From an uncultured Candidatus Rokubacteria bacterium (lineage in GTDB: Bacteria > Methylomirabilota > Methylomirabilia > Rokubacteriales > CSP1-6): 64,000 nt of DNA. Positions 9,891 to 18,730 of this stretch are shown here, in pieces (positions within the stretch are counted from its first letter, which is position 1; the number at the start of each line of letters is the position of its first letter). The notes under the pieces were generated by a model that saw nothing but the letters and a program-made list of their open reading frames with translations, ran no database searches and was not told the DNA's origin. A program made the translations under genes and the position numbers. The stretch covers positions 864,001 through 928,000 of the forward strand of contig CAVXJS010000021.1 in NCBI GenBank assembly GCA_963762145.1. Reading direction: 5' to 3'.

Positions 9891-10841
9891 TTACGGCGTC
9901 ACGTGCTTGATGAACCGCTCCGGCGGATCCTCGCCCCACTGGCTCACCAGCCCCTCTTCCGCGGACAGGAGGTTCGAGCCGCTGCGCGCGTTCAGCCGGT
10001 CGGTGTCGGCCCACCGCTCGTGCACGCGGCCCCACGGGTCGCTCCAGTAGTCGTAGACCTGGCTGCCCAGGAGATGCCGGCCCACGCCCCACATGTGGTC
10101 GTACTTGCCGAGCCCGGCCAGGTACTCGTGATCCTTGAACACCGCGTCCACGTCCGGCACCTCGAACGAGACGTGGTTCATGCCCGCGCGTTCGTTCATC
10201 ACGCAGAAGAGCGTGTGATGGTCCACGTACTCGTCGCCCCGGTCGCAGCGGTTGAACGAGCCGATGATGTGATCCTTCGCGCCCGCGTAGATGTCGTCGG
10301 AGCCGATGAAGCCGAGCGTGTCGCGGAACCACTGCGCGGTCTCCCGCACCCGCGGCGTGCCCATGACGCCGTGGCCGATCCGCTTGATCGGAGTCGGCGA
10401 CTTGCGCAGGCGCATCAGCGTCCCCGCGCGACGCAGGGGCTCGGCGCCGGTGTTCATCGGGGTGTAGTCCACCGGGATCGCGGGCAGGGTCTCGAGCCCC
10501 CACACCACCTCGACCTGGTAGCCGTTCGGCTCGCGCAGGCGCACCCGCCGGCCGCCGCCCGGCTCGTCGATCGCCTCCACCGGGGAGGCGCCGGGCTCCG
10601 TCGCCACGCGCGCCAGGTCGGCCTCGCCCGCCGCGTGGTAGGCGAAGCCCACGAAGCCGGCGTCGTCGGCCTTCTCGGTGACGTGAATGTGGTGCATGGG
10701 GTCGGTCCCGCGCATGTAGAGCGCCTCCGGCGTCCGCGCAGCGCGCGTGAGGCCGAAGTGGGTGAGGAACTCCTCCTGCGCGTCCAGATCCGGGGCGCGC
10801 AGCCGAACCCACGCCAGGTCTCGCACTTTGATCGTTGCCAT
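9891..10841 (-). CDS. VOC family extradiol ring-cleavage dioxygenase-like protein
   Basis: Two VOC domains; RIGHG, DHHT, NHVSFEV, WGVGRHLLGSQVYDYWSDPWG..HE. Confidence 0.88.
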   Translation of the reverse strand: MATIKVRDLAWVRLRAPDLDAQEEFLTHFGLTRAARTPEALYMRGTDPMHHIHVTEKADDAGFVGFAYHAAGEADLARVATEPGASPVEAIDEPGGGRRVRLREPNGYQVEVVWGLETLPAIPVDYTPMNTGAEPLRRAGTLMRLRKSPTPIKRIGHGVMGTPRVRETAQWFRDTLGFIGSDDIYAGAKDHIIGSFNRCDRGDEYVDHHTLFCVMNERAGMNHVSFEVPDVDAVFKDHEYLAGLGKYDHMWGVGRHLLGSQVYDYWSDPWGRVHERWADTDRLNARSGSNLLSAEEGLVSQWGEDPPERFIKHVTP

Positions 10842-10847
10842 CGCTAT

Positions 10848-10883
10848 CCCCCTCACCCTGCCCTCTCCCCTGAGGGGAGAGGG
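10848..10883 (+). repeat. REP-like palindrome, copy 3
   Basis: CCCTCACCCTGCCCTCTCCCCTGAGGGGAGAGGG. Confidence 0.85.
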
Positions 10884-10891
10884 AGACTAGA

Positions 10892-12049
10892 TTAGCCCGC
10901 GAAAGTGAAACGTGGGTCGGCGGCCGGGATCTCGACCTCCGGCAGCTTCAGCTCGCGGCGCACGATGTTCGCCCCCAGATTGATCGCCACGCTCTTGTAG
11001 AACGCGATGCGCCGGGCCAGCCCCTCCCGGCCGAATCCGCAGTCGGTGCTGAGGATGAGCCGCTCCGGCGGCACGTATTCGAGCGCCTTGCGGATCAGGC
11101 TCGCCACCACCTCGGGCGGCTCCACCGCCGCGGTCGAGTGGTTCACCACCCCGATGGCGATCTTCTTGTCGGTGCGGTGCTTCCCGAGGAGCGGCAGGTC
11201 GCGCCCGCTGGTGGAGGCGCACTCGAGCGTGAGCACGTCGGCGTTGGTGGCCAGCAGGTACGGCAGCGACCGCTCGTAGGACGGCCGCTCCCAGTGCAGC
11301 GGCTGCTGGTTCGGATTGCCCCAGCACGTGTGCAGCCAGATCTCGGTGTCGACCCCCGCGATCTCCCGGTTCACCGACTCGGTGTAGAACTCGAGGTCCT
11401 TGTCGGAGGCGCCGATGGCGCCCGCGATGTGGTGCTGCGGCTCCTCCACCTGGATGACCCGGCACCCCGCAGCCGCGACCTCCCGGAGCTCCGCGTTGAA
11501 GATATCGGCGAGGGCCAGGATCACGTCGCGGTCCCCGCCGTAGTGACGGTCCACCAGCATCTTGGCGAGCGACTGGGCGGTGATCGCGCCGAACTTGACC
11601 GGCTTGTTGGCGAGCCGCTGCGCGGTCTTGAAGAGGGCCGCGTACTGGAGCGGGCCGCCCTCGAGCTTGGCGCCCACCACCGCGGGCTGGTAGGCCTCCA
11701 TCACCTCGTAGAGGATATGGCCGGGCCGGAGCGATTTCCAGCCGCCGCCGGTCGAGCGGTCCTGGGCCCCGGTGATGCCGCGGAGGCGCTCGATCACGTA
11801 ATAGAACCAGGACTTGCCGCCCACCGTGAGGTCGAAGCGGGAGTCGCCGTCGGTCACGAAGTCGAGCCCGGCCATCTCCTGCTCGCGGACGAGGCAGGCC
11901 ACCGCGTCGAGGTACTGCTCGCGGAACCGGGAATCGCCCAGCGCGTCCTTGAAGCCGCGCCCGCGCAGCTCCTCGGTGAACCAGTGGGGGCGCGGATAGG
12001 AGCCGGTGATGGTGGTGGGCAGGACGAGGTCGCGGGTGGCGTTGAGCAT
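10892..12049 (-). CDS. Cobalamin-independent methionine synthase II-like protein (MetE C-terminal domain)
   Basis: TTITGSYPRP, TDGD, Zn ligands HTCWGN, E and TDCGF. Confidence 0.88.
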   Translation of the reverse strand: MLNATRDLVLPTTITGSYPRPHWFTEELRGRGFKDALGDSRFREQYLDAVACLVREQEMAGLDFVTDGDSRFDLTVGGKSWFYYVIERLRGITGAQDRSTGGGWKSLRPGHILYEVMEAYQPAVVGAKLEGGPLQYAALFKTAQRLANKPVKFGAITAQSLAKMLVDRHYGGDRDVILALADIFNAELREVAAAGCRVIQVEEPQHHIAGAIGASDKDLEFYTESVNREIAGVDTEIWLHTCWGNPNQQPLHWERPSYERSLPYLLATNADVLTLECASTSGRDLPLLGKHRTDKKIAIGVVNHSTAAVEPPEVVASLIRKALEYVPPERLILSTDCGFGREGLARRIAFYKSVAINLGANIVRRELKLPEVEIPAADPRFTFAG

Positions 12050-12056
12050 GGGCCCG

Positions 12057-12084
12057 ACTCTAGCGCGCCCGGGAACGCTGTCAA
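12057..12084 (-). promoter_or_regulatory. sigma70-type promoter, probably leaderless, for the MetE-like gene
   Basis: TTGACA-16-TAGAGT ending 7 nt before ATG 12049; no SD. Confidence 0.6.
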
Positions 12085-12095
12085 GCCCGCCAAGG

Positions 12096-12124
12096 TTGAC
12101 AAATCAGAGGCCCGTCCCTAGTGT
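12096..12124 (+). promoter_or_regulatory. sigma70-type promoter for the binding-protein cluster
   Basis: TTGACA-17-TAGTGT. Confidence 0.65.
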
Positions 12125-12168
12125 AGCGGCGCGAGCACCCGTTCCCTCACCGACGAGGAGGCATCCCC

Positions 12169-13410
12169 ATGCAGAGGCGACAGTTCCTGGTAGCGATGAG
12201 CAGCGTCGCGGCCGCCGCGGCGGTCCGGCCTTCCCGGGCCCGTGGCGCGGAGCCGATCAAGATCGGCTACTTCGGTCCGCTGACCGGCAACTTCTCCCAG
12301 ACCGGCAAGGACATGACCGACGGCTTCAACCTCTTCTGGGAAGAGGTGGGCATGAAGGTCGCGGGCCGCGAGGTGAAGGTGATCGTCGAGGACTCCGACC
12401 CCGAGCCCACCGGCGCGCTCACCAAGGTGCGCCGCCTCGTCGAGCAGGAGAAGGTGCACACGATCGCGGGCGGGCTCCTGGCCGCCACCGGATACGCGAT
12501 CGTGCCCTACATCGAGCAGAACAAGATCCCGACGGTGTACCCGATCACCGCGCCCGACGACATCACCCAGCGCAAGCCCGTGCGCTGGATCGTGCGCACC
12601 TCGGCCTCGGGCAGCCAGATGACCCATCCGCTCGGGGACTACGCCTACAAGCAGCTCAAGCTTCGGCGGATGGCGACGATCAGCATGGACTACGCGTTCG
12701 GCTGGGAGACCAATGCGGGCTTCCAGCGCGTGTTCGAGGATCAGGGCGGCAAGGTGGTGCAGCGGATCTGGACGCCGCTCAACATCCAGGACTACGCGCC
12801 GTTCCTCGCCTCGCTCAAGAAAGACATCGACGGCGTCTTCGCCTGCCACACTGGGGGCCTGTCGCCCCGTTTCATAAAGACCTGGAGCGACGTCGGGCTC
12901 AAGGACAAGATCACGCTCGTCGGGGTCGGCACCCTCACCGACGAGAACGTGCTCAAGGCCATGGGCGACGAGGCGATCGGAGTGATCACCTCGCTCCACT
13001 ACAGCGCTGCGCTCGACACCCCCGCCAACAAGAAGTTCTCCGCCGCCTACGAGAAGCGCTTCGGCCGCAGCACCTCGCTCTACTCCGCCCAGGGTTACAC
13101 CGGGGCGCGGTTCTACTACGAGGCGCTCAAGGCCATCAATGGGGAGGCCGAGAACAAGGAGAAGTTCGTCGCCGCCCTCCGGCAGGTGGCGGTCAGCGAC
13201 GATCCGCGCGGCCCCATGAAGATGGACGATCTGAACAACCCCGTGCAGAACGTCTACATCCGCAAGGTAGAGCGCACCGGCGGCAAGCTGCAGAACACCG
13301 TGATCCAGACCTACCCGAACGTCTCGCAGTTCTGGACCTACAAGCAGGAGGAGTACCTGAAGACCCCCGTCTACGACCGCAACAATCCCGCGTGCAAATT
13401 CTGTGAATAA
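12169..13410 (+). CDS. ABC transporter substrate-binding protein (branched-chain/aromatic acid type), Tat signal
   Basis: MQRRQFL twin-arginine signal, IKIGYFGPLTG, DYAFGWE. Confidence 0.9.
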   Translation: MQRRQFLVAMSSVAAAAAVRPSRARGAEPIKIGYFGPLTGNFSQTGKDMTDGFNLFWEEVGMKVAGREVKVIVEDSDPEPTGALTKVRRLVEQEKVHTIAGGLLAATGYAIVPYIEQNKIPTVYPITAPDDITQRKPVRWIVRTSASGSQMTHPLGDYAYKQLKLRRMATISMDYAFGWETNAGFQRVFEDQGGKVVQRIWTPLNIQDYAPFLASLKKDIDGVFACHTGGLSPRFIKTWSDVGLKDKITLVGVGTLTDENVLKAMGDEAIGVITSLHYSAALDTPANKKFSAAYEKRFGRSTSLYSAQGYTGARFYYEALKAINGEAENKEKFVAALRQVAVSDDPRGPMKMDDLNNPVQNVYIRKVERTGGKLQNTVIQTYPNVSQFWTYKQEEYLKTPVYDRNNPACKFCE

Positions 13411-13426
13411 CGCCCCGAGGAGACCC

Positions 13427-14452
13427 ATGACGAAATCCCTGGCCTGGAGCACGCTGGCCGTGGTCCTGCTCGCGCTCACCGCCGCCGGCGCCTCCACGCC
13501 CGCCCCGGTGGCCGCGCAGGCGAAGCCGATCGTGTGGAACCTGCCCCACATCTCGGCCCCGACCTACTACCACACGATCAACTACACCGCGTTCGGCAAC
13601 AAGGTGAAGGAGAAGTCGGGCGGCCGCATGGAGATCCGCTTCCACGCGGCCTCCTCCCTCTACCCCGGGCCCGAGCTGCTCCCCGCGGTGCTCGACGGCC
13701 GCGCCGAGATCGGGCCGGTGCTGGCCTCGTATCTCACCGACGTGCTGCTCGAGATGGGCCCGCTCGAGCTGCCGTTCATGACCAGCAGCATGGAGGAGCA
13801 CAAGAAGGCCGCCTTCGCGTTGCGGGGGTTCTACACCGAGATGCTGGCCAAGAAGGGCCTCAAGATGCTCGCGATGAGCACGTGGCCCTCGCAGCAGATC
13901 TTCTCCACCGCGCCGATCCGCACCGTGGCCGACTGGAAGGGTAAGAAGATCCGCGTCTACGGCGCCGACTCCGCCAACATCACCCGGATCCTGGGCGGCG
14001 CGCCGGTCAACATCGCCTTCGGCGAGGTCTACTCCGCGCTCGAGAAGAAGACGGTGGACGGGGCCATGACCTCCGCCACCAACGCGGAGCCGATGAAGTT
14101 CTTCGAGGTCGCGAAGTACGTGGACTACTGGTACCTGGCCGGCGCCGCGCAGGAGTGGATCGTGGCCAACCAGAAGGCGTGGGACTCTCTCCCCAAGGAT
14201 CTCCAGCAGATCGTGCTCGATGCGATCAAGGAGACCAACCTCGAGGAGAAGGAGTGGGGCGACGCCATCGCGTTCGACGAGCGGGTGCGCAAGCGCCTGC
14301 CCGAGCTCGGCATCACGATCGTGGATCCGCCCAAGGAGGAGCTGGCCAAGGCGCGCCAGGCCGCCAAGGCCGCCTGGGACACCTGGCTCACCCGCACCGG
14401 GGCCGACGGCAAGCGCGGCCTCGAGATGGCGCTGAAGGCCCTCGGTCGCTGA
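13427..14452 (+). CDS. dctP: TRAP transporter substrate-binding protein
   Basis: Signal peptide, KGKKIRV, FGEVYSALEKKTVDG. Confidence 0.88.
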   Translation: MTKSLAWSTLAVVLLALTAAGASTPAPVAAQAKPIVWNLPHISAPTYYHTINYTAFGNKVKEKSGGRMEIRFHAASSLYPGPELLPAVLDGRAEIGPVLASYLTDVLLEMGPLELPFMTSSMEEHKKAAFALRGFYTEMLAKKGLKMLAMSTWPSQQIFSTAPIRTVADWKGKKIRVYGADSANITRILGGAPVNIAFGEVYSALEKKTVDGAMTSATNAEPMKFFEVAKYVDYWYLAGAAQEWIVANQKAWDSLPKDLQQIVLDAIKETNLEEKEWGDAIAFDERVRKRLPELGITIVDPPKEELAKARQAAKAAWDTWLTRTGADGKRGLEMALKALGR

Positions 14453-14467
14453 TCCCCTCCTTCCCCA

Positions 14468-14507
14468 CCCTCTCCCCCGCCGAGGGGGAGAGGGCAGGGT
14501 GAGGGGG
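14468..14507 (-). repeat. REP-like palindrome, copy 4 (inverted)
   Basis: CCCTCTCCCCCGCCGAGGGGGAGAGGGCAGGGTGAGGGG. Confidence 0.85.
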
Positions 14508-14544
14508 TAGCGCAGTACGTCCCCGCCTCAAGGGAGCCACATTC

Positions 14545-15780
14545 ATGAGACCACTCCGCGTCGGCCTGACCGCAGCGCTCTTCCTCGCCCTCGCCGCGTT
14601 CCCGACGCGTCCGGCCGCCGCCGCGGAGACCATCCGCATCGGCTTCATGGGCCCGCTCACCGGGATCTTCGCCCAGGCCGGCAAGGACATGCTGGACGGC
14701 CTCAAGATGGCGCTCGAGCAGGTCAACTACCAGGCGGGTGGGCGCAAGATCGAGCTGATCGAGGAGGACACCGAGGGCAACTCGGCCACCGCCCTCGCGA
14801 AGTACCGCAAGCTGGTGGATCACGACAAGATCCACGTGATGACCGGCATCCTCCTGGTCAACGTGGGCAACAGCCTGGTCCCGCTGATCGAGCGCGACCG
14901 GCTCCCGACCCTGTTTCTCACCACGCCCGACGACCTTACCAAGCGCAAGGTCGCCAAGTGGATCCTCCGCTCCAACTTCTCGGCCAGCCAGATCATGCAC
15001 CCGCTGGGCGACTACGCGGCGCGCACGCTCAAGTACCGCCGCGTGGCCACCATCGCGATGGACAACGGCTTCGGCCACGAGGAGGTCGGCGGCTTCCAGC
15101 GGGTCTTCGAGGATGCCGGCGGCAAGGTGGTCCAGAAGATCTGGGTGCCGCTCAATGCGCTCGACTTCGCGCCCTATCTCTCGCAGATGGCCCGGGACGT
15201 GGACGCGGTCTGCGCGGTCTTCGTGGCCGGCCAGGCGGTGCGCTTCGTGAAGCAGTACGGCGAGTCCGCGCTCAAGGGCAAGACCCCGCTCATCGGCACC
15301 GGAGTCATGATCGACGAGAGCGCGCTACGGGGCATGGGCGACGAGGCGGTCGGCGTCGTGGGGTCTCTGCTCTGGAGCCCGACGCTCCAGAGCCCGGCCA
15401 ACCAGACCTTCATGAAGATGGCCGAGGCCAAGCTCGGACGGACGCCGGCCTACTTCCACGCGATCATGTACAGCTCGGGGCGCTGGATCACGGAGGCCGC
15501 CAATGCCCTCAGCGGGCAGGTGGAGGATCGCGAGAAGCTCGTGGCCGCCATCCGACGGGCCATCGAGACCACGCCGGATCCGCGCGGGCCCATCAAGCTG
15601 GACGACTGGGGCAATCCCACCGAGAACGTCTACATCCTCCGCGTGGACAAGGTCGGAGGCAAGCTCGTCACCACCGTGATCCACACCTACCCGGCGGTGT
15701 CGCAGTTCTGGACCTACAAGCCGGAGGAGTTCCTCAAGACCCCGCCCTACTCGCGCGACTATCCGCCCGCCAAGCCCTGA
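14545..15780 (+). CDS. ABC transporter substrate-binding protein, paralog of 12169..13410
   Basis: Shared motifs GPLTG, HPLGDYA, GFQRVFED.GGKVVQ, VSQFWTYK; Sec-type signal. Confidence 0.9.
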   Translation: MRPLRVGLTAALFLALAAFPTRPAAAAETIRIGFMGPLTGIFAQAGKDMLDGLKMALEQVNYQAGGRKIELIEEDTEGNSATALAKYRKLVDHDKIHVMTGILLVNVGNSLVPLIERDRLPTLFLTTPDDLTKRKVAKWILRSNFSASQIMHPLGDYAARTLKYRRVATIAMDNGFGHEEVGGFQRVFEDAGGKVVQKIWVPLNALDFAPYLSQMARDVDAVCAVFVAGQAVRFVKQYGESALKGKTPLIGTGVMIDESALRGMGDEAVGVVGSLLWSPTLQSPANQTFMKMAEAKLGRTPAYFHAIMYSSGRWITEAANALSGQVEDREKLVAAIRRAIETTPDPRGPIKLDDWGNPTENVYILRVDKVGGKLVTTVIHTYPAVSQFWTYKPEEFLKTPPYSRDYPPAKP

Positions 15781-15792
15781 GCGGCGGGCGCG

Positions 15793-16791
15793 ATGCGCTT
15801 CGGCTTCTTCTTCTGGCCGTACACGCCCGAGTACACCGCGCGCATGGCGCGGCGGGGCGAGGAGCTGGGCTTCGATCTGGTCGGCATCGCCGACACCCCC
15901 GGCAACGCACTCGACCCGTGGGTGGCCATGACGCTCGCGGCCGCCGCGACGTCGCGGGTGACGCTGGCCACTTGTGTCACCAACCTCGTCACGCGCCACC
16001 CGTCGATCACCGCGTCGGCCGCCGCGTCGGCGGACGCGGCGGCCGGCGGGCGGACGATCCTGGGCATCGGCGCGGGGCACAGCGGCGTCGCCAACGTGGG
16101 CGGGACGCCGAGCCGCCCCGCGGATCTCCGCGAGGGGCTCACGTTCCTGAAGGCGGCGCTGAGCGGGGCGCCCGCATCCTGGCGCGGCGCCTCCACGCAC
16201 CTCTCTTGGATCAAGCGTACAATCCCCGTCTACGCGGCCGCCTCGGGACCCGCGGCCCTGCGCGCGGTGGGCGCGGCGGCCGACGGCGCCTTCGTCAACT
16301 ACGGCCTCGGCGCGCCGCACGTCAGCCGGGTGCGCGAGCTGATCGCGGAGGGCGCGGCCGGCGCGCCCCGCCCCTCGAGCGCGATCGATGTGTGGTCCAT
16401 CGCCTGCCTCGACGTGGCCGACCGGCGTGACGACGCCTTCGAGAAGCTCGGGAACATCCTGGGCTTCGTCGCGGCGTACATCCTCGGGCCGGACCCGGCC
16501 GGGCGCGGCGTGCCGGCCGATCTCGTGCCCGCCGTCCGCGAGCTGCGCGCCACCTACACCACCCGACGGCGCGACATGGATCCCGCACTCACCAAGCGGC
16601 TCGGCCTCTTCGACTACCTGCGCGGCCGCCTCGCCATCGCGGGGACGCCGGAGGACTGCATCGCCCAGGTGCGCGCCGCCGAGGCCGCCGGGGTCACCCA
16701 GCTCATGTTCACGGTGAGCCTCGCCGCCGATCCCGAGCAAACCGTGGAGCTGTTCGGCCGCACGGTGTTGCCCCGTTTCGCCCGCGGCTGA
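15793..16791 (+). CDS. LLM class flavin/F420-dependent oxidoreductase (Mer-like)
   Basis: EELGFD, TCVTNLVTRHP, IPVYAAASGP, IAGTPEDC. Confidence 0.88.
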   Translation: MRFGFFFWPYTPEYTARMARRGEELGFDLVGIADTPGNALDPWVAMTLAAAATSRVTLATCVTNLVTRHPSITASAAASADAAAGGRTILGIGAGHSGVANVGGTPSRPADLREGLTFLKAALSGAPASWRGASTHLSWIKRTIPVYAAASGPAALRAVGAAADGAFVNYGLGAPHVSRVRELIAEGAAGAPRPSSAIDVWSIACLDVADRRDDAFEKLGNILGFVAAYILGPDPAGRGVPADLVPAVRELRATYTTRRRDMDPALTKRLGLFDYLRGRLAIAGTPEDCIAQVRAAEAAGVTQLMFTVSLAADPEQTVELFGRTVLPRFARG

Positions 16792-16809
16792 TCCAGTACA
16801 ATACGCGGC

Positions 16810-17643
16810 ATGCGCGTCGGCATCTCGATCGACCCTCCGCTCGCCGCCATTCCCGCGCTGCTCCGGGACGAAGGCGTGGACGTCTACCAGACCGTGCTCC
16901 GCGACCCCGGCCGCTTCGGCAACTACGGCGTCCCCGAGCCGGCCGACCGCGCCGCGCTGGTCGAGGGGCTCCGCGATCGCCCCGTCTGGGGCGTGGCCCA
17001 CGGCTCGCTGCTCGTCAACCTGGCGAGTCCGGAGGGCCGCATCCGCAATTCCTCGGTCTCGAGCCTGCTCGCCGATCTCAAGGTCGCGGCCGAGGTCGGG
17101 CTCGACGCGGTGTGCTTTCACGTGGGCTACGCGAAGGGGCATCCGAGCGCGGACGCCGCGCTGATCCTGGCCACCCGCAAGCTCGGCGAGCTCATCGCGA
17201 AGATGCCGGCGGGCCCGCGGCTCCTGATCGAGAATTCCTGCGAGGGCAGCGAGCTCGGCCAGACCATCGCCGAGCTGGCCCGGCTGGTCCGCGACGTGGG
17301 GGCGCCGCCCGAGCAGCTCGGCCTGCTCATCGACACCTGCCATCTCCACGCCGCCGGCTTCGACCTCGCCGGCGCGGACTCGGGCCAGCGCCTGGCCGAC
17401 GCGCTCTCCGCCGAGGGCGTGCTCGAGCGGGTCGTCGCCTTTCACCTGAACGATTCCCAGCTCGCGTGCGGCGCGCACCGGGATCGCCACGCGATCCCCG
17501 GCGCGGGCACCATCGGCGAGGGCGTGGCCTCGGTAGCGAGCCATCCGGCCTTCGCGGCGCTGCCCGGCGTGATCGAGCTCTCGGTGGAGGACGCGCGCCA
17601 GGGGCTCGCGTTCCTGCGCGAGCGGGGGGCGGCCGGCGGCTGA
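16810..17643 (+). CDS. nfo: Endonuclease IV / AP endonuclease family 2 TIM barrel
   Basis: HGSLLVNLAS, FHVG, LIENS, IDTCHLHAAG, HLNDS, RDRH. Confidence 0.8.
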   Translation: MRVGISIDPPLAAIPALLRDEGVDVYQTVLRDPGRFGNYGVPEPADRAALVEGLRDRPVWGVAHGSLLVNLASPEGRIRNSSVSSLLADLKVAAEVGLDAVCFHVGYAKGHPSADAALILATRKLGELIAKMPAGPRLLIENSCEGSELGQTIAELARLVRDVGAPPEQLGLLIDTCHLHAAGFDLAGADSGQRLADALSAEGVLERVVAFHLNDSQLACGAHRDRHAIPGAGTIGEGVASVASHPAFAALPGVIELSVEDARQGLAFLRERGAAGG

Positions 17644-17785
17644 GCCGGCGGAAGGATTTGCGTATTCTCGCGTTGGCCAGCCGGTAGAGGCCGACGACCT
17701 ACTCTGGGTAGCCGCGTTCCCAACAAGAATTGCACGTCCCGGCCCGGTGACCGCTAACCCGCCGATTTGCCGTCGTTCCTCCGCC

Positions 17786-17800
17786 TGGCCCGGGCCTTGC
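17786..17800 (+). promoter_or_regulatory. sigma54-type -24/-12 motif
   Basis: TGGCCCGGGCCTTGC (GG-N10-GC) just upstream of the PilZ gene. Confidence 0.45.
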
Positions 17801-17814
17801 CTCTATGAGGCGCC

Positions 17815-18150
17815 ATGGACACCTTGATTGCGCCAGCCCCCATGAAGGCCATCCCATCAGTTGGCGGCCAGCATCAGCGGACTCGCCGCATCAATCGCCG
17901 GGCCAATGTCACGTGGACGGTCTTTGCCCGCGTCCGGGGACAGCGGCTCCGCTTCCACACCGTGGACGTCAGCGCGCGGGGCGCGAAGCTCCGGCCCAGG
18001 GGCGATCTGCAGGCCGGCACCTCGCTGACCCTGCAGTTCGTCAAGCCGAACGGGAAACCGGTTCGCGTGGCCGCGATGGTGTGGCGCGTGGACTCGGACG
18101 GTCTCGGCGTGCTCTTCCTGGGCAGCGAGTCGGAAGGCCTGATGGCCTGA
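17815..18150 (+). CDS. Stand-alone PilZ domain protein
   Basis: QRTRRINR (RxxxR) and DVSARG (DxSxxG) c-di-GMP-binding motifs. Confidence 0.85.
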   Translation: MDTLIAPAPMKAIPSVGGQHQRTRRINRRANVTWTVFARVRGQRLRFHTVDVSARGAKLRPRGDLQAGTSLTLQFVKPNGKPVRVAAMVWRVDSDGLGVLFLGSESEGLMA

Positions 18151-18205
18151 AACTCGCTGAGGTAAGATTGCGGGGCCGCCGCGCCGGCATGCGCGCGCGG
18201 CCCCC

Positions 18206-18655
18206 ATGACGACCACCGGCCACTCGTTTCTCGCCGCGCGCACGCGCTCGGCGACCCAGGGATTCGGCCGGCCGATCCCGCGCAAGGAGGACGCGCGCCT
18301 CGTCACCGGGCGCGGCCGCTTCAGCGACGACTTCACCCTGCCGGGGCAGGTCCACGCGCATCTCGTCCGCTCCCTGCACGCCCACGCGCGGGTGCTGTCG
18401 ATCGAGGCCGCCGCCGCGCTCGCGGTCGCGGGCGTGCTCGCGGTCCTCACCGGGCGCGACCCGGTGGCCGACGGGATCGGCTCGATCCCCCACAACCCGG
18501 TGCCGACCAACCCGAACGAGTTCCCGCTGGGCGGCCGCGAGGCCGGACGAGTGCTCGTCACCCCGCACCCGCCACTGGCCGTCGACATCGCGCGCTTCTC
18601 GGGCGAGGCGGTGGCGGTGGTGATCACCGAGACCGCCGCCGTCGCGGCGGACGCT
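18206..18655 (+). pseudogene. 5' fragment of a xanthine dehydrogenase/CoxL-like molybdopterin subunit
   Basis: GFGRPIPRKEDARLVTGRGRFSDD to VAVVITETAAVAADA, then homology stops; the rest of ORF 18206..21262 is antisense to the full copy. Confidence 0.85.
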
Positions 18656-18730
18656 CGGGCGGGCGGTTCATGTCCAAGTCGGGCGAGGTCCACTACGACC
18701 CGAGGTATAGCTGATGGACGCGTCCTATTT

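Noticed and set aside
6674-17544. Long antisense or alternate-frame ORFs (6674..8293, 12118..13551, 15325..17544 and similar, also 39790..41913)
   Set aside because: They overlap well-supported genes and have Arg/Pro/Gly-rich shadow composition typical of high-GC DNA.
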